Counted from the first letter of the stretch, positions 1 through 8,839 are shown. The stretch is 64,000 bases of DNA from Poseidonia sp. (GCA_965661285.1 CBFIDD010000001.1:256001-320000); one strand, 5' to 3'. Made by a program: numbers and translations. The notes: generated from the sequence alone by a model not told the origin.

Positions 1-2
1 TA

Positions 3-347
3 TTTTCACTTCGAAATGCACTTGGTGGCAGAAAAAAAGATCTGAAGAAATTGGTCATCAGCCAAATATCTTCAACTGTGTCAATGAATCTTCTCTATGA
101 CCTCTGCAATACTCATGAAGCATTTATCCAATCCGTAATTGATGGTACAGCAACGCCAGTGGATGATTCTCTTCTAGAGTTCTGTATATCTGTTTTAACA
201 GGTGTGGCAAAATCAATTAGCATGGATTACGAAGAGATTTTTTCGGCATTCGTGGGAGACATAGACAAGGTCAGAGAAATAGCACTCAAGATTCAAAATT
301 CCAAAGCAATGGATGCTCTGTTGACTGAATTGGTGAGTTCTTTTTGA
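3..347 (+). CDS. Hypothetical protein, 5'-truncated by the window edge
   Basis: Frame is open from base 3 to TGA at 345-347; AT-richer than the rest of the window; followed by GAGGTG SD and the next gene. Confidence 0.6.
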   Translation, partial: FSLRNALGGRKKDLKKLVISQISSTVSMNLLYDLCNTHEAFIQSVIDGTATPVDDSLLEFCISVLTGVAKSISMDYEEIFSAFVGDIDKVREIALKIQNSKAMDALLTELVSSF

Positions 348-356
348 GGTGAAAAT

Positions 357-1229
357 ATGGCATTAGTATCAGTAAAAAAATTGCAATTGCAAAAAGACAG
401 CACAGCCTCGCGCTCAAAGTTTGTTGAGGGCAAGATCAAACCATTGCACGACCCAACCAAAATATGGGCGAATCCCTTGTGGCCTCTTCCGACCAACGAC
501 GAGGTTGTAGAAGTTGACGGAGTGGAATACAATGAGAATGAAGTTATCAAACTGCTTGACAAAGCGGGTGGTGACTTGAAAAAACTAATTCCTCTATCAA
601 CAACGGAAGAGGCTGCAAGAGTCGCACTAGAAGCGGCAATAGAAGCGCGGAAAATTGCACCATCTGGGGCGAACAAAAAAGCTGCTAAGGCAGTGGAAGC
701 AAAGGCAAAGAAAGTACAGGAAAAGGCGACTGAGGATAAAAATAGTGCCAAAATAAAGATTGAAACAAAACTTGGAATTGCGCTTCATGAATACTTGAAA
801 GACCTGCCAAGGAAGATTCTCTTTGACAACGCTTTTTGGTTCTATCTTTTTTGGAAATCACCAATTTATGGCGTCCATCGATATGAGACTTGGGACCCTC
901 ATGAAAATCAAATAAAGAGCGAGGTCAGAATGTACGGAGGGTGGACAAGAGCGAGTATTCCTGCTGCCTACCTTTCGTATTATCTCGCCAACGAATGCGG
1001 AATTTCTGATGCGGACTACAAGAAGAAGAGATGTGGTGCTCGGTTGCGGATGTGGATTCTTGACGAGTCGCCTCTCATCTCAAACAAACTAAGAAAGAGT
1101 TTTGTATCCGCCGTCATAGGCGGGAAAAACCTTGATGACACATGGAAAGCCTTGTTTCAAAAATTGGGCGCCCTTGATGTTGACACACTGACTCAAGCCC
1201 AGATTGACACTCTGATTGCAGGGCTGTGA
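357..1229 (+). CDS. Hypothetical protein with DUF6339-like C-terminal region (R-M associated)
   Basis: 290 aa; SD GAGGTG upstream; segment LHEYLKDLPRKILFDNAFWFYL...HRY...R resembles DUF6339 proteins, which occur beside cytosine methyltransferases. Confidence 0.55.
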   Translation: MALVSVKKLQLQKDSTASRSKFVEGKIKPLHDPTKIWANPLWPLPTNDEVVEVDGVEYNENEVIKLLDKAGGDLKKLIPLSTTEEAARVALEAAIEARKIAPSGANKKAAKAVEAKAKKVQEKATEDKNSAKIKIETKLGIALHEYLKDLPRKILFDNAFWFYLFWKSPIYGVHRYETWDPHENQIKSEVRMYGGWTRASIPAAYLSYYLANECGISDADYKKKRCGARLRMWILDESPLISNKLRKSFVSAVIGGKNLDDTWKALFQKLGALDVDTLTQAQIDTLIAGL

Positions 1230-1231
1230 TG

Positions 1232-2386
1232 TCAGGATTCTCCTAAGAGAATTATGGCAATGTGCTTGGCCATAAGAGGTGGCACGGCGTTGCCAAGCAT
1301 CTTGTTCAGATTGGTCCGTTTCTGATTGCGGAAGTCGAAGAAGTCCGGGAAGGATTGCACCCTGGCCGCCTCTCGAACAGTGAGGCAGCGTGCCAGCTTC
1401 GGGTGGGTGAACCGACCTCGGCCGTTACACGAGTAGCCGGTCGTGATGGTGGGGGCCGGTCGATCCCAATACATTCGCCCGTACACCGCAGGGTAGGTAT
1501 TGCCGCTTGGCCCGTGTTCGTCGTACTTCTGATGACATTCGGGTCGAAGCTCGGGAGGAAGTTCGTACTCATCGTTCTCAATGAGGTAATCCATACGAGC
1601 CTGGTTCACTTCCTTGGCTGTAGAGGCTGAATTGAGCACATCGTTTTCATCATACACCTCAAGGAGATCCCCAATCGCCCAAGATATGGGCCGCTCTTCA
1701 ATCCCCTGTCGGTGCTGGAATGACGAAAGATTGAGCGTCGAAACCCTGCTGGCGATTGAGAAATGTCGCTTTCGCATTTGTGGCACGCCAACATTTCGGC
1801 CGTCAATCAGGCCTTCAACGGTAGAATAACCCTCAGTCTCCAGCCAATTTTTCGTCTCGCTTACGACGTTTTGTTGCGCCCTTCGAACACCAGCAACATT
1901 CTCAATAATGGCGTATTCTGGCTTGAGTATCTCAATCATTCGAGCCATTCGGAGGTAGAGGAGGTTTCGTTCGTCTGTTCCTCGGGTGTGATTGTTCAGG
2001 TTGGAATTGCCTTGACAAGGGGGGCCACCAACGATGAGATTGATCTCACCAACCGATTCCATGAATTTACGTTCAGATTCGGTCGGAGGTTGCCCGCGTT
2101 CGCCGTCAATCACCGTCTCAATAGGCTCCGATCGAATTTCAACACCGGTGAAATTTTTTGCATAGACCTCTGTTGCGGCCGTGAAAATGTCCCATGCAAT
2201 GACGGGTTGCAATTGGATGTTCAGATCCAAACACGCTGCTTGTACGCCCATGCTGATGCCGCCACACCCAGAAAAAAGGTCAATCATTCGGAGAGTCCGC
2301 TGCGGTAAAGAGCGCAATCCAGGGCGGCGTTTTCTTCGGAGCCACTTCCAGTCTTGGTCCATCTTGGGCCGCTGAACTGACTCCAT
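1232..2386 (-). CDS. DNA (cytosine-5)-methyltransferase
   Basis: Motif I DLFSGCGG, catalytic GGPPCQG, ENV, QMRKR, RCLTVREAARVQSFPD, motif X LGNAVPP. Confidence 0.95.
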   Translation of the reverse strand: MESVQRPKMDQDWKWLRRKRRPGLRSLPQRTLRMIDLFSGCGGISMGVQAACLDLNIQLQPVIAWDIFTAATEVYAKNFTGVEIRSEPIETVIDGERGQPPTESERKFMESVGEINLIVGGPPCQGNSNLNNHTRGTDERNLLYLRMARMIEILKPEYAIIENVAGVRRAQQNVVSETKNWLETEGYSTVEGLIDGRNVGVPQMRKRHFSIASRVSTLNLSSFQHRQGIEERPISWAIGDLLEVYDENDVLNSASTAKEVNQARMDYLIENDEYELPPELRPECHQKYDEHGPSGNTYPAVYGRMYWDRPAPTITTGYSCNGRGRFTHPKLARCLTVREAARVQSFPDFFDFRNQKRTNLNKMLGNAVPPLMAKHIAIILLGES

Positions 2387-2491
2387 GTTATCCTAACGAC
2401 ACCGACAGCATTTAGAGGTTGAGCAGACAATGGTTGAAGTGGAATCTCTCATTGATTAACACTTCAAATAGTCTGGTTGGACATCTCTACC

Positions 2492-3022
2492 ATGACACAC
2501 AAACTGGACCCTGTACTGGACGCTGGACTGCGCTCCAAGGCAAGCTTCATGAAATCTCAAAACGGAGAGAAGTGGGGCTACATTGACACCTTCAAGCACG
2601 AGCAAGGACACTCGAAGTGCGTGTTCGAAACCGATGAAAACGGTTCGTTCCTCCAACTGACCCTGATGAACGAGGACGTCGGTGATGAGCACGTCCCCGA
2701 ACTTCTTGAAGTGATCAACATCATGAACGGCATTCAGGACCAGGTTCGCTTCTTCTATCATCTCGGCAACGGTTCCCTCTTCGCCAAGCGCGAGTTCATC
2801 GTTGAGGGGCGCAAGCCAAAGCAAATTCAGGAGATGGTGTTTGAACGCTACGACCGCATGAAGGACATCTTCGACGACCTGCTCTGGTCCTATGATTGGA
2901 AAGTCAAAACCGGTGGGGATTTCGAAGCCCTCTTCGAGGCCCTTGCCAAGCACAACGAAGACCGCAAAAAACGCAAAGACCGCAACAAAGGAAAGGAAGG
3001 CTTTGACCCTGCTTACGCTTGA
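2492..3022 (+). CDS. Hypothetical protein (possibly YbjN/CesT-like chaperone fold)
   Basis: Host-like codon use; TATA-like TTCAAATA about 22 nt upstream of ATG 2492; fold guess is weak. Confidence 0.6.
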   Translation: MTHKLDPVLDAGLRSKASFMKSQNGEKWGYIDTFKHEQGHSKCVFETDENGSFLQLTLMNEDVGDEHVPELLEVINIMNGIQDQVRFFYHLGNGSLFAKREFIVEGRKPKQIQEMVFERYDRMKDIFDDLLWSYDWKVKTGGDFEALFEALAKHNEDRKKRKDRNKGKEGFDPAYA

Positions 3023-3140
3023 CGCTGGTGCTTCGCCCGCCCTGCACTGGGACAACCGGAAAGGGTGTTGGTTGAGGAATCGTGTTGAGCAGCCGTGAAT
3101 GGAGAGTCAATGTTTTTACTTGTTCCCAAAAGCGAACGCC

Positions 3141-4121
3141 ATGAACGGCAGTGAAAAAGGCCTGCAGGCCCTCAGTCTCGCTGCCATCGTGATCTTGTCA
3201 GCGGTCGTCATGGACCTGTTGAGCGAGCCCGACCAAGACCCTGAAATCGTCTATGTGATGGTTGACAACCGCATCATCATCGATGAAAACACCACTGTGG
3301 AAGAATTGAGCAGAGACGATGTTGCCAGGGTGGCTTCCTTCAACATCAAGGTGTTTGGCGACACCAAGATAAGCAACGCCACCGTCGTAGAGGAACTGGT
3401 GGACCTCTTCCAGCACTACGATTTGGTCGCCGTCCAAGAGATCAAAGACATCGACGAGGAGGTCCCTTTCCTCTTCCTTGATGAGTTGAACGATGTGGGC
3501 GCACAACGCGATGTTCTCAACCAAACGCTCCCGTGGAACATGGTTCTCTCCCAACGAAGTGGCTTGCAAGAGGATGACAGAAACTCTCAGGAGCAGTACG
3601 CCTACTACTACAACCCAACCGTGTTCCGGCCAATGGACAACGGCACCTTGTACGATGACAGCGTGAATGATTCCTTCCAGCGCGAGCCCTTCCTTGCGCG
3701 CTTCATGCTGCTTGATCATGATGGAAATGACACGGGCACCGACATGGTGTTCGTCAACATTCACACCAAACCCACCCGGGCCGTTGAGGAGATGAGCGCC
3801 TTGGGCGATGTCCATGCCTGGGGGCAAACAAACTATTCCGACGACGACGATTACGTCATCCTTGGCGACTTCAACGGCGATTGCTCCTACGCCTCATACA
3901 ACGAGTTGATTGAACTCTCCATCGCTTCGGAGAACTACACGTGGCTGATTCCCGACGATGCTGACACCACGATGGGTGATTCACGATGTGCGTACGACCG
4001 CATCGTGGCCTCAAGCGATTTGGACGGCCGCCTCACAGGCAACTGGGGTATCGATGAACGGGTGAGCAGCGGCGCAGTCTCCGACCACAAACCGGTGTGG
4101 TTTGACATCAAGCGAAGTTGA
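3141..4121 (+). CDS. Membrane-anchored DNase I-like endonuclease/exonuclease/phosphatase
   Basis: N-terminal hydrophobic helix; ASFNIKVFG, AVQEIKD, EQYAYYY, FQREPF, IH, LGDFNGDCSY, CAYDRIV, SDHKPV. Confidence 0.9.
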   Translation: MNGSEKGLQALSLAAIVILSAVVMDLLSEPDQDPEIVYVMVDNRIIIDENTTVEELSRDDVARVASFNIKVFGDTKISNATVVEELVDLFQHYDLVAVQEIKDIDEEVPFLFLDELNDVGAQRDVLNQTLPWNMVLSQRSGLQEDDRNSQEQYAYYYNPTVFRPMDNGTLYDDSVNDSFQREPFLARFMLLDHDGNDTGTDMVFVNIHTKPTRAVEEMSALGDVHAWGQTNYSDDDDYVILGDFNGDCSYASYNELIELSIASENYTWLIPDDADTTMGDSRCAYDRIVASSDLDGRLTGNWGIDERVSSGAVSDHKPVWFDIKRS

Positions 4122-4226
4122 CCTGGCCAAATCGTCTCGAAGGTCATGCCCTTACCTGAATCGAACCGCTCTTGTGCTGACACAATGCTCGCACTCAGGA
4201 AGAGGGAGACACGGGCGGCCTGACGG

Positions 4227-5054
4227 TTAGCCACCCAAGATGAGACTCAGCACCGAAAGGATGAACCCTATGACCATCAGCACCATGAAGCCAGCGATGA
4301 TCACAAAGGATGTACCGAGCCCTTTGGCGAGGGACCAACGCCCGGTGACCGCAGAATATCCAATCATGCCGATAAGCGCAATGGGAACGATGGTGAAGGC
4401 CAGCTGCTGATTTCGAGGTTGTTCAACGTCGTAGTAGTGAGCTTCAGCGCCAAAGTCATGGTAATCAATCCGAAGGCCGATGGATTCGTTGGCTTTACCG
4501 TTGAGTACAAATTCAGCCGTGTGGTTGAGCTGGTCGTATTCGCCGAGTTTGGTCCATTCATACTCCCCACCGCCCACAGCCATGTAGGAGTACATGCACA
4601 CACTTTGCAAGGTTTCAACCTCACAGTTTGCGTAGTAATCGTCTTGATGGAAGTTGTTTAGACCGATGAAAATTTCCGGACGGTAAGCCATGGAGAAGGT
4701 GTTGTAAGAAGGATCGATGAAAATGATGTACACGGATTCTTCCACGCCGTGCGACACCTTGGGGTCTGCATCAAACTGGAAAACGCCGTTGTCATCGCTG
4801 TAAATCGTCCATTCCACCCGTCGATCAAATTCCCAAGCACCTGGCGAAAACAGGCTGCTGTTGGTGAGGAAGAGAACAACGAGTATTGGAATCAAAATAC
4901 CCAACAAAAACAGGGGGCCATTGGCTTCAGGCTCCTGTTGTTCCGGTTCTTCTTCCACCATCGGCGCCGCCTTGACCTCGACTGCGCTCTTGGCTTCCTC
5001 GGGTGAAGAGGCGATGATGACGGGAGCTGGGGCGCTTTCAACCTCATCTGGCAT
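4227..5054 (-). CDS. Hypothetical membrane protein
   Basis: 275 aa; one N-terminal and two C-terminal hydrophobic helices. Confidence 0.75.
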   Translation of the reverse strand: MPDEVESAPAPVIIASSPEEAKSAVEVKAAPMVEEEPEQQEPEANGPLFLLGILIPILVVLFLTNSSLFSPGAWEFDRRVEWTIYSDDNGVFQFDADPKVSHGVEESVYIIFIDPSYNTFSMAYRPEIFIGLNNFHQDDYYANCEVETLQSVCMYSYMAVGGGEYEWTKLGEYDQLNHTAEFVLNGKANESIGLRIDYHDFGAEAHYYDVEQPRNQQLAFTIVPIALIGMIGYSAVTGRWSLAKGLGTSFVIIAGFMVLMVIGFILSVLSLILGG

Positions 5055-5168
5055 GGATTTTCTACGGTTGGGACTGCTATAATGCTGGCCCCTTCAACCG
5101 TCGTTTCATCGAGGTTTCAGGTTCCTTCACGGTGACCACCTGCGATGCACCAACGGATGGAGGTCGGG

Positions 5169-5230
5169 TGGCCCTGGCCGGAATTGAACCGGCTCCTCTG
5201 CTCGCGCAGCGTGCACCTTACACCAAGGGC
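5169..5230 (-). ncRNA. tRNA-like RNA lacking an anticodon (GCGA tetraloop)
   Basis: Minus strand reads GCCCT-TG-GTGT-AAGGT-GCAC-G-CTGC-GCGA-GCAG-AGGA-GCCGG-TTCAATT-CCGGC-C-AGGGC-CA: D arm, perfect T arm, short acceptor stem. Confidence 0.6.
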
Positions 5231-5301
5231 GGGCCGTAGCTCCTCCACCATTCCTCAACCCGAGACACCTGCGTTCGCTTGCCCGTGTGCGAACACCGAC
5301 C

Positions 5302-6846
5302 TCAGTCGGCGCACGAGCCATCGTCAGGGAGGAATTGGAATTGATGCGGCATGGTCGTAACGTCCGTGTAATCGTCCTCGTCCAAGCACACGATGGTCAT
5401 CTCCATCGGCGCTCTGCCCATCATCGGTGGCAGGCAGTCGTAGTACGCCACAACGGCCCTCATCACTTCGCCAAGCGAAGCCGTGCCGTGGGATACGGTC
5501 ACGATGTGCCTGACCTGCATCGATGTGATGCTCGGATACGCCCTGCTGTAGGGTTGTGATTTGGCCAACTCGAGCATCGTTTTGGCGAGCTGCGGCGTGG
5601 CATCCTCGCCCGACCACTTCAGCCTCTTGACGGGATTGCTCATCCACGGCGCTGGCGACTGCAACTCCAGCGTTTGACCAAGCCATCTTGCACACCTTCC
5701 GACGACCTTCTGTCTGAGACTTTCCCTGACCGCCAGCACGGTGTTGGGGCCATGGAGGGCAGGGGCAAGCCTAAGCAGGTCACCGTGGACGATGTGGAGC
5801 TTGAACGCTTCACCCAACAGCCTGTAGGTCCTTTTTGGAAACCCGCCGAGCAAGAGTGAAGGATGGTCGAGCAACCACCTCAGGTAGTCGGCGTAAGCGC
5901 CCGGCGGCCACGCATGCAACGGAGGTGTGGGCCCGAGAAAGGCGGGACCCGGCTCGTGTTCGTCGTGAAACCTTACCCAGTCCCTCATCCACTGTTCATG
6001 TGTCGGTGCATCGGGATGAACGGGCGGGGTGGGTTCGCTGCTGAGCAGGTCGGCCACCGCTTCGGGCGACATCGACACTTCGGGCATGGTCGTCCAAAAC
6101 CAAGGCTGCATGGCGTCGTCCCAGTCTTTCTGCGCGAGGGGACCTTCCACACCGTGATGCACCTCAAACACGCTGGCGCTGTGGGTTTGCATGTTGCCGT
6201 AGAAGTCGGGCGACATCCACTCAACGGGCCCTTTGTTCACGAGCATGGAACCGTTCTCCAGGTGAAGCACGGCCTCACCGCTTGAGGAAAACCACGGATG
6301 TTCCCCGTCAAGGAAATGGGCGTGCTTGAGGTCGAGCACCACGAGACCGCCTTCCCTGATCTTGTGCACGTAAGCACCGATGAGGTGGGGAAACGCTCTG
6401 TCGTCGCCCGTGCTGTGCGGGTCCAACCACTCGAGCCAGTCCACGTAGAGGATGTCCACGGGCGGCGAGGCGGTCAGTTTCGAGAAGGCCTCGTGTTGAA
6501 TGTGAACCTGCCAGTGGGGTGTGGAAAGCGCCGCCTTCCTGTAGACGGCGTGGCCCTGCGACGTGTCTGAAATCCTTTGCCAGGTCGCCATCCCCGCCTC
6601 GTTGGCGTTGATGCCCCAACCATCGGGCGTGTACTCGCTGTACTCCACCACGACATGGATGAAGGGATGACCTGCATCGCTGACCAAACCAAAACTGGCG
6701 TGGTGGTGCATGGCGGCTGCGGGATGGACGATGACCAGCGGCCTTCCCTCAGGCGGCTCGATGGGCAAACCGATGCCAGCGGGCGGCCCGTAAGCCACGC
6801 ACCCACCGAATCCTTGGGGTGCTCTTCTGCTAGCTGCCATGCTCAT
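5302..6846 (-). CDS. Hypothetical protein: SAM-methyltransferase-like N-half plus macro-domain-like C-terminus
   Basis: VDILYVD...KIREGGLVVLD (class I MTase-like); KLHIVHGDL...MTIVCLDEDDY (macro-like ends); TGATG overlap with the upstream gene. Confidence 0.6.
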   Translation of the reverse strand: MSMAASRRAPQGFGGCVAYGPPAGIGLPIEPPEGRPLVIVHPAAAMHHHASFGLVSDAGHPFIHVVVEYSEYTPDGWGINANEAGMATWQRISDTSQGHAVYRKAALSTPHWQVHIQHEAFSKLTASPPVDILYVDWLEWLDPHSTGDDRAFPHLIGAYVHKIREGGLVVLDLKHAHFLDGEHPWFSSSGEAVLHLENGSMLVNKGPVEWMSPDFYGNMQTHSASVFEVHHGVEGPLAQKDWDDAMQPWFWTTMPEVSMSPEAVADLLSSEPTPPVHPDAPTHEQWMRDWVRFHDEHEPGPAFLGPTPPLHAWPPGAYADYLRWLLDHPSLLLGGFPKRTYRLLGEAFKLHIVHGDLLRLAPALHGPNTVLAVRESLRQKVVGRCARWLGQTLELQSPAPWMSNPVKRLKWSGEDATPQLAKTMLELAKSQPYSRAYPSITSMQVRHIVTVSHGTASLGEVMRAVVAYYDCLPPMMGRAPMEMTIVCLDEDDYTDVTTMPHQFQFLPDDGSCAD

Positions 6847-7394
6847 CAGATGCACCTCGGATGATAGAGCGGGACAACCCTGAAGATTCTCTTGGTTTGC
6901 CTCTCAAGTCTGCTGTACGCCTCAGCCTTGCACACACCGCCTGACGTAGCCGACTTGGCCGTGTCGTAGATGGTATCACCGTGCAAGGTGATGATGTGAG
7001 CCGTGCACAACTTCCCCGAAGGTTGCGGGTCGGAAGGCGGGTCCTTGGAGTAGAAGCAGAGGAAGAAGAGGTCGTCGTAGGTCACCAATTCGTCCACGAA
7101 GTATTCCAGTCTCCTGACATCGTTGTTGCAATAGGCCAACTGCATCCCGTAGGGCTTTAGCGCCTCCGACCATGTGTGGGGTGCCTGTGAATTGGTCACC
7201 GCCTTGAAGTCCTCTGGCGTGGTGTTCGCTCCCGTGGCGTTGGCCACCATCGACAGCGTCGTGGCGACGCACGAAGGACCGACCTGCTTGATGTGCTCAA
7301 TGGTCACGTCGCCAAAGAAGGGGCCGTGGGGTTCGCCGTGTCTCTCGCTGTACCACAATGGTGCGGAGGGGTTCGGTCTCCAAGTGACGGTCAT
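6846..7394 (-). CDS. C39-like cysteine peptidase family protein
   Basis: QVGPSCVATTLSM (Q-x4-C) and AHIITLHGDTIYD (H, D); ATGA overlap with the upstream small ORF. Confidence 0.7.
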   Translation of the reverse strand: MTVTWRPNPSAPLWYSERHGEPHGPFFGDVTIEHIKQVGPSCVATTLSMVANATGANTTPEDFKAVTNSQAPHTWSEALKPYGMQLAYCNNDVRRLEYFVDELVTYDDLFFLCFYSKDPPSDPQPSGKLCTAHIITLHGDTIYDTAKSATSGGVCKAEAYSRLERQTKRIFRVVPLYHPRCI

Positions 7395-7618
7395 TCCCAT
7401 TCCTCCCTGAAAGCGTCGTCGAACTCTTGCCACTGCTTTTCGTCGTCGGGCAAGGGTTGTTCGGTCAGGGCTTTCATGATGCAATCTGGGCACGAGCACG
7501 GTCTCTCGATGTACTCGCTCATGTCTTGCACCCTCAGTTTGGTCAACTCGTTCTGGAGCCTGAAAAACTCCATCACCAGCATCATCAGTTTCGTCCATTC
7601 GTTCTCATTTTTCTTCAT
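7391..7618 (-). CDS. Small hypothetical protein with CSCPDC motif
   Basis: 75 aa from ATG 7618 with GGAG SD; fills the gap in the operon. Confidence 0.6.
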   Translation of the reverse strand: MKKNENEWTKLMMLVMEFFRLQNELTKLRVQDMSEYIERPCSCPDCIMKALTEQPLPDDEKQWQEFDDAFREEWE

Positions 7619-7634
7619 CTTTTCATCTCCTTGT

Positions 7635-8456
7635 TCATTGATACTCAAAATCCTCGGGTCTTCCACCCGGCCATTCCCTCTCCATCTCTTCCACATACGC
7701 CTGCCTGTTCTGCGCCTCCTCGTACTGCATCACCCAGATGTGCTGGTCCTCCAAACAGAGGTGAATGAGCGACAAGAGGTTGGAAGGAAAGGTGCCCTCC
7801 AGGTGGTCGATGCAAAAATACTGGTCGTGGGTGTAGACCGTGGTTTGGCCCCCGTATTCGGGAATGTGTTCGGGGCAGGTCCAGTACTCGCCCAGCGAGT
7901 GAGCGACGTTGTTGGCGTACATGTAAGGGGGCGGCGCCCACTTCCACGCCATCGGTTTTGACGCAGCGGCCTTCTTCCTTGCCTGGTATGCGACAAAGGT
8001 CCCGGGCGCACCCCACTTCTCGAGGTCAAGACAGAAATCAAAGGCAAATTCGTGCCCGTTCTTCCCCTGAACGGTGATGGTGTAGCCGTCCATGGAAACG
8101 GTAGGATGGTCATGCACCGTCTCCGCTAAGGCAAGCCAGTGCTCTCTTTGCACCCAATCCTCGTGCGTGTCGATTTCAGGCATCAGGAAATGAAGCCCGA
8201 TGTCCATTGAGGTCAAGCACAACTCCCAGCTGGGCCATGTGTCCCACCTCGTCTTGTTCGCGATGTTGTGCTGGTTGTAGGCCGCAAAGATGCCAAAGAA
8301 GGCTGCAGGCTCGTCCAAGTTGGCGTTATGGTCAATCAGTTCGTCGGGATGGGTGTAGCCGTTGGCCACAAACCACTCCCCTTCTCTGCCAACCACGAAG
8401 GTATCGGGCTTGGCGTGGTGGTTCTTCTCGTTGTTCTGTTCATGTTCGTTGTTCAT
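7635..8456 (-). CDS. Hypothetical Trp-rich protein
   Basis: Start moved to ATG 8456 (AGGAG upstream) so that the ORF does not overlap the tRNA. Confidence 0.7.
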   Translation of the reverse strand: MNNEHEQNNEKNHHAKPDTFVVGREGEWFVANGYTHPDELIDHNANLDEPAAFFGIFAAYNQHNIANKTRWDTWPSWELCLTSMDIGLHFLMPEIDTHEDWVQREHWLALAETVHDHPTVSMDGYTITVQGKNGHEFAFDFCLDLEKWGAPGTFVAYQARKKAAASKPMAWKWAPPPYMYANNVAHSLGEYWTCPEHIPEYGGQTTVYTHDQYFCIDHLEGTFPSNLLSLIHLCLEDQHIWVMQYEEAQNRQAYVEEMEREWPGGRPEDFEYQ

Positions 8457-8501
8457 AGGTCTCGCTCCTGTGTTGCGTTTATGCACCGCCGTGCGTCGAA
8501 T

Positions 8502-8576
8502 TGGCTGGGGCACCGGGATTCGAACCCGGGTCAAAGGTCTCGCAAACCAATATGCTCTCCACTACACCATGCCCCA
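8502..8576 (-). tRNA. tRNA-Arg(GCG), CCA encoded
   Basis: TGGGGCA/TGCCCCA acceptor, D loop with GGA (A20), loop TT-GCG-AG, T arm CCGGG-TTCGAAT-CCCGG, G73-CCA; weak anticodon stem. Confidence 0.85.
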
Positions 8577-8588
8577 ATGGTCGGGAAC

Positions 8589-8663
8589 TGGCAGAGGCAC
8601 CCGGATTCGAACCGGGGTCCAGGGATCCGAAGCCCCTGATGCTATCCGCTACACCATGCCTCC
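8589..8663 (-). tRNA. tRNA-Arg(TCG), CCA encoded
   Basis: GGAGGCA/TGCCTCT acceptor, AGGGG-CT-TCG-GA-TCCCT anticodon arm, CCCGG-TTCGAAT-CCGGG, G73-CCA. Confidence 0.95.
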
Positions 8664-8737
8664 TTGCAGTTCCCAACGAAACGGCGGTTGCACTCAGGGT
8701 GTCAAACGCCGGTTCGCTTGTGCCGTGAATCGTTGGA

Positions 8738-8800
8738 TCAACGGCGATGTCGGGAGGGTCGCTTGGTGTCATTTCGGACGCTGTTGTGTTCATCCATCAT
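8738..8800 (-). CDS. Putative 20-aa Arg-rich leader peptide MMDEHNSVRNDTKRPSRHRR
   Basis: GGAGG SD 7 nt upstream; TATA box at 8840-8847; five CGN codons. Confidence 0.35.
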   Translation of the reverse strand: MMDEHNSVRNDTKRPSRHRR

Positions 8801-8839
8801 GCTCGACCCTCCGGAGTAAAGTGTGGAATGGGCATCAAA

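Noticed and set aside
5169-5230. Functional decoding tRNA or att-site duplicate of tRNA-Arg
   Set aside because: No 7-nt anticodon loop, a short acceptor stem, and the T-arm sequence does not match either tRNA-Arg
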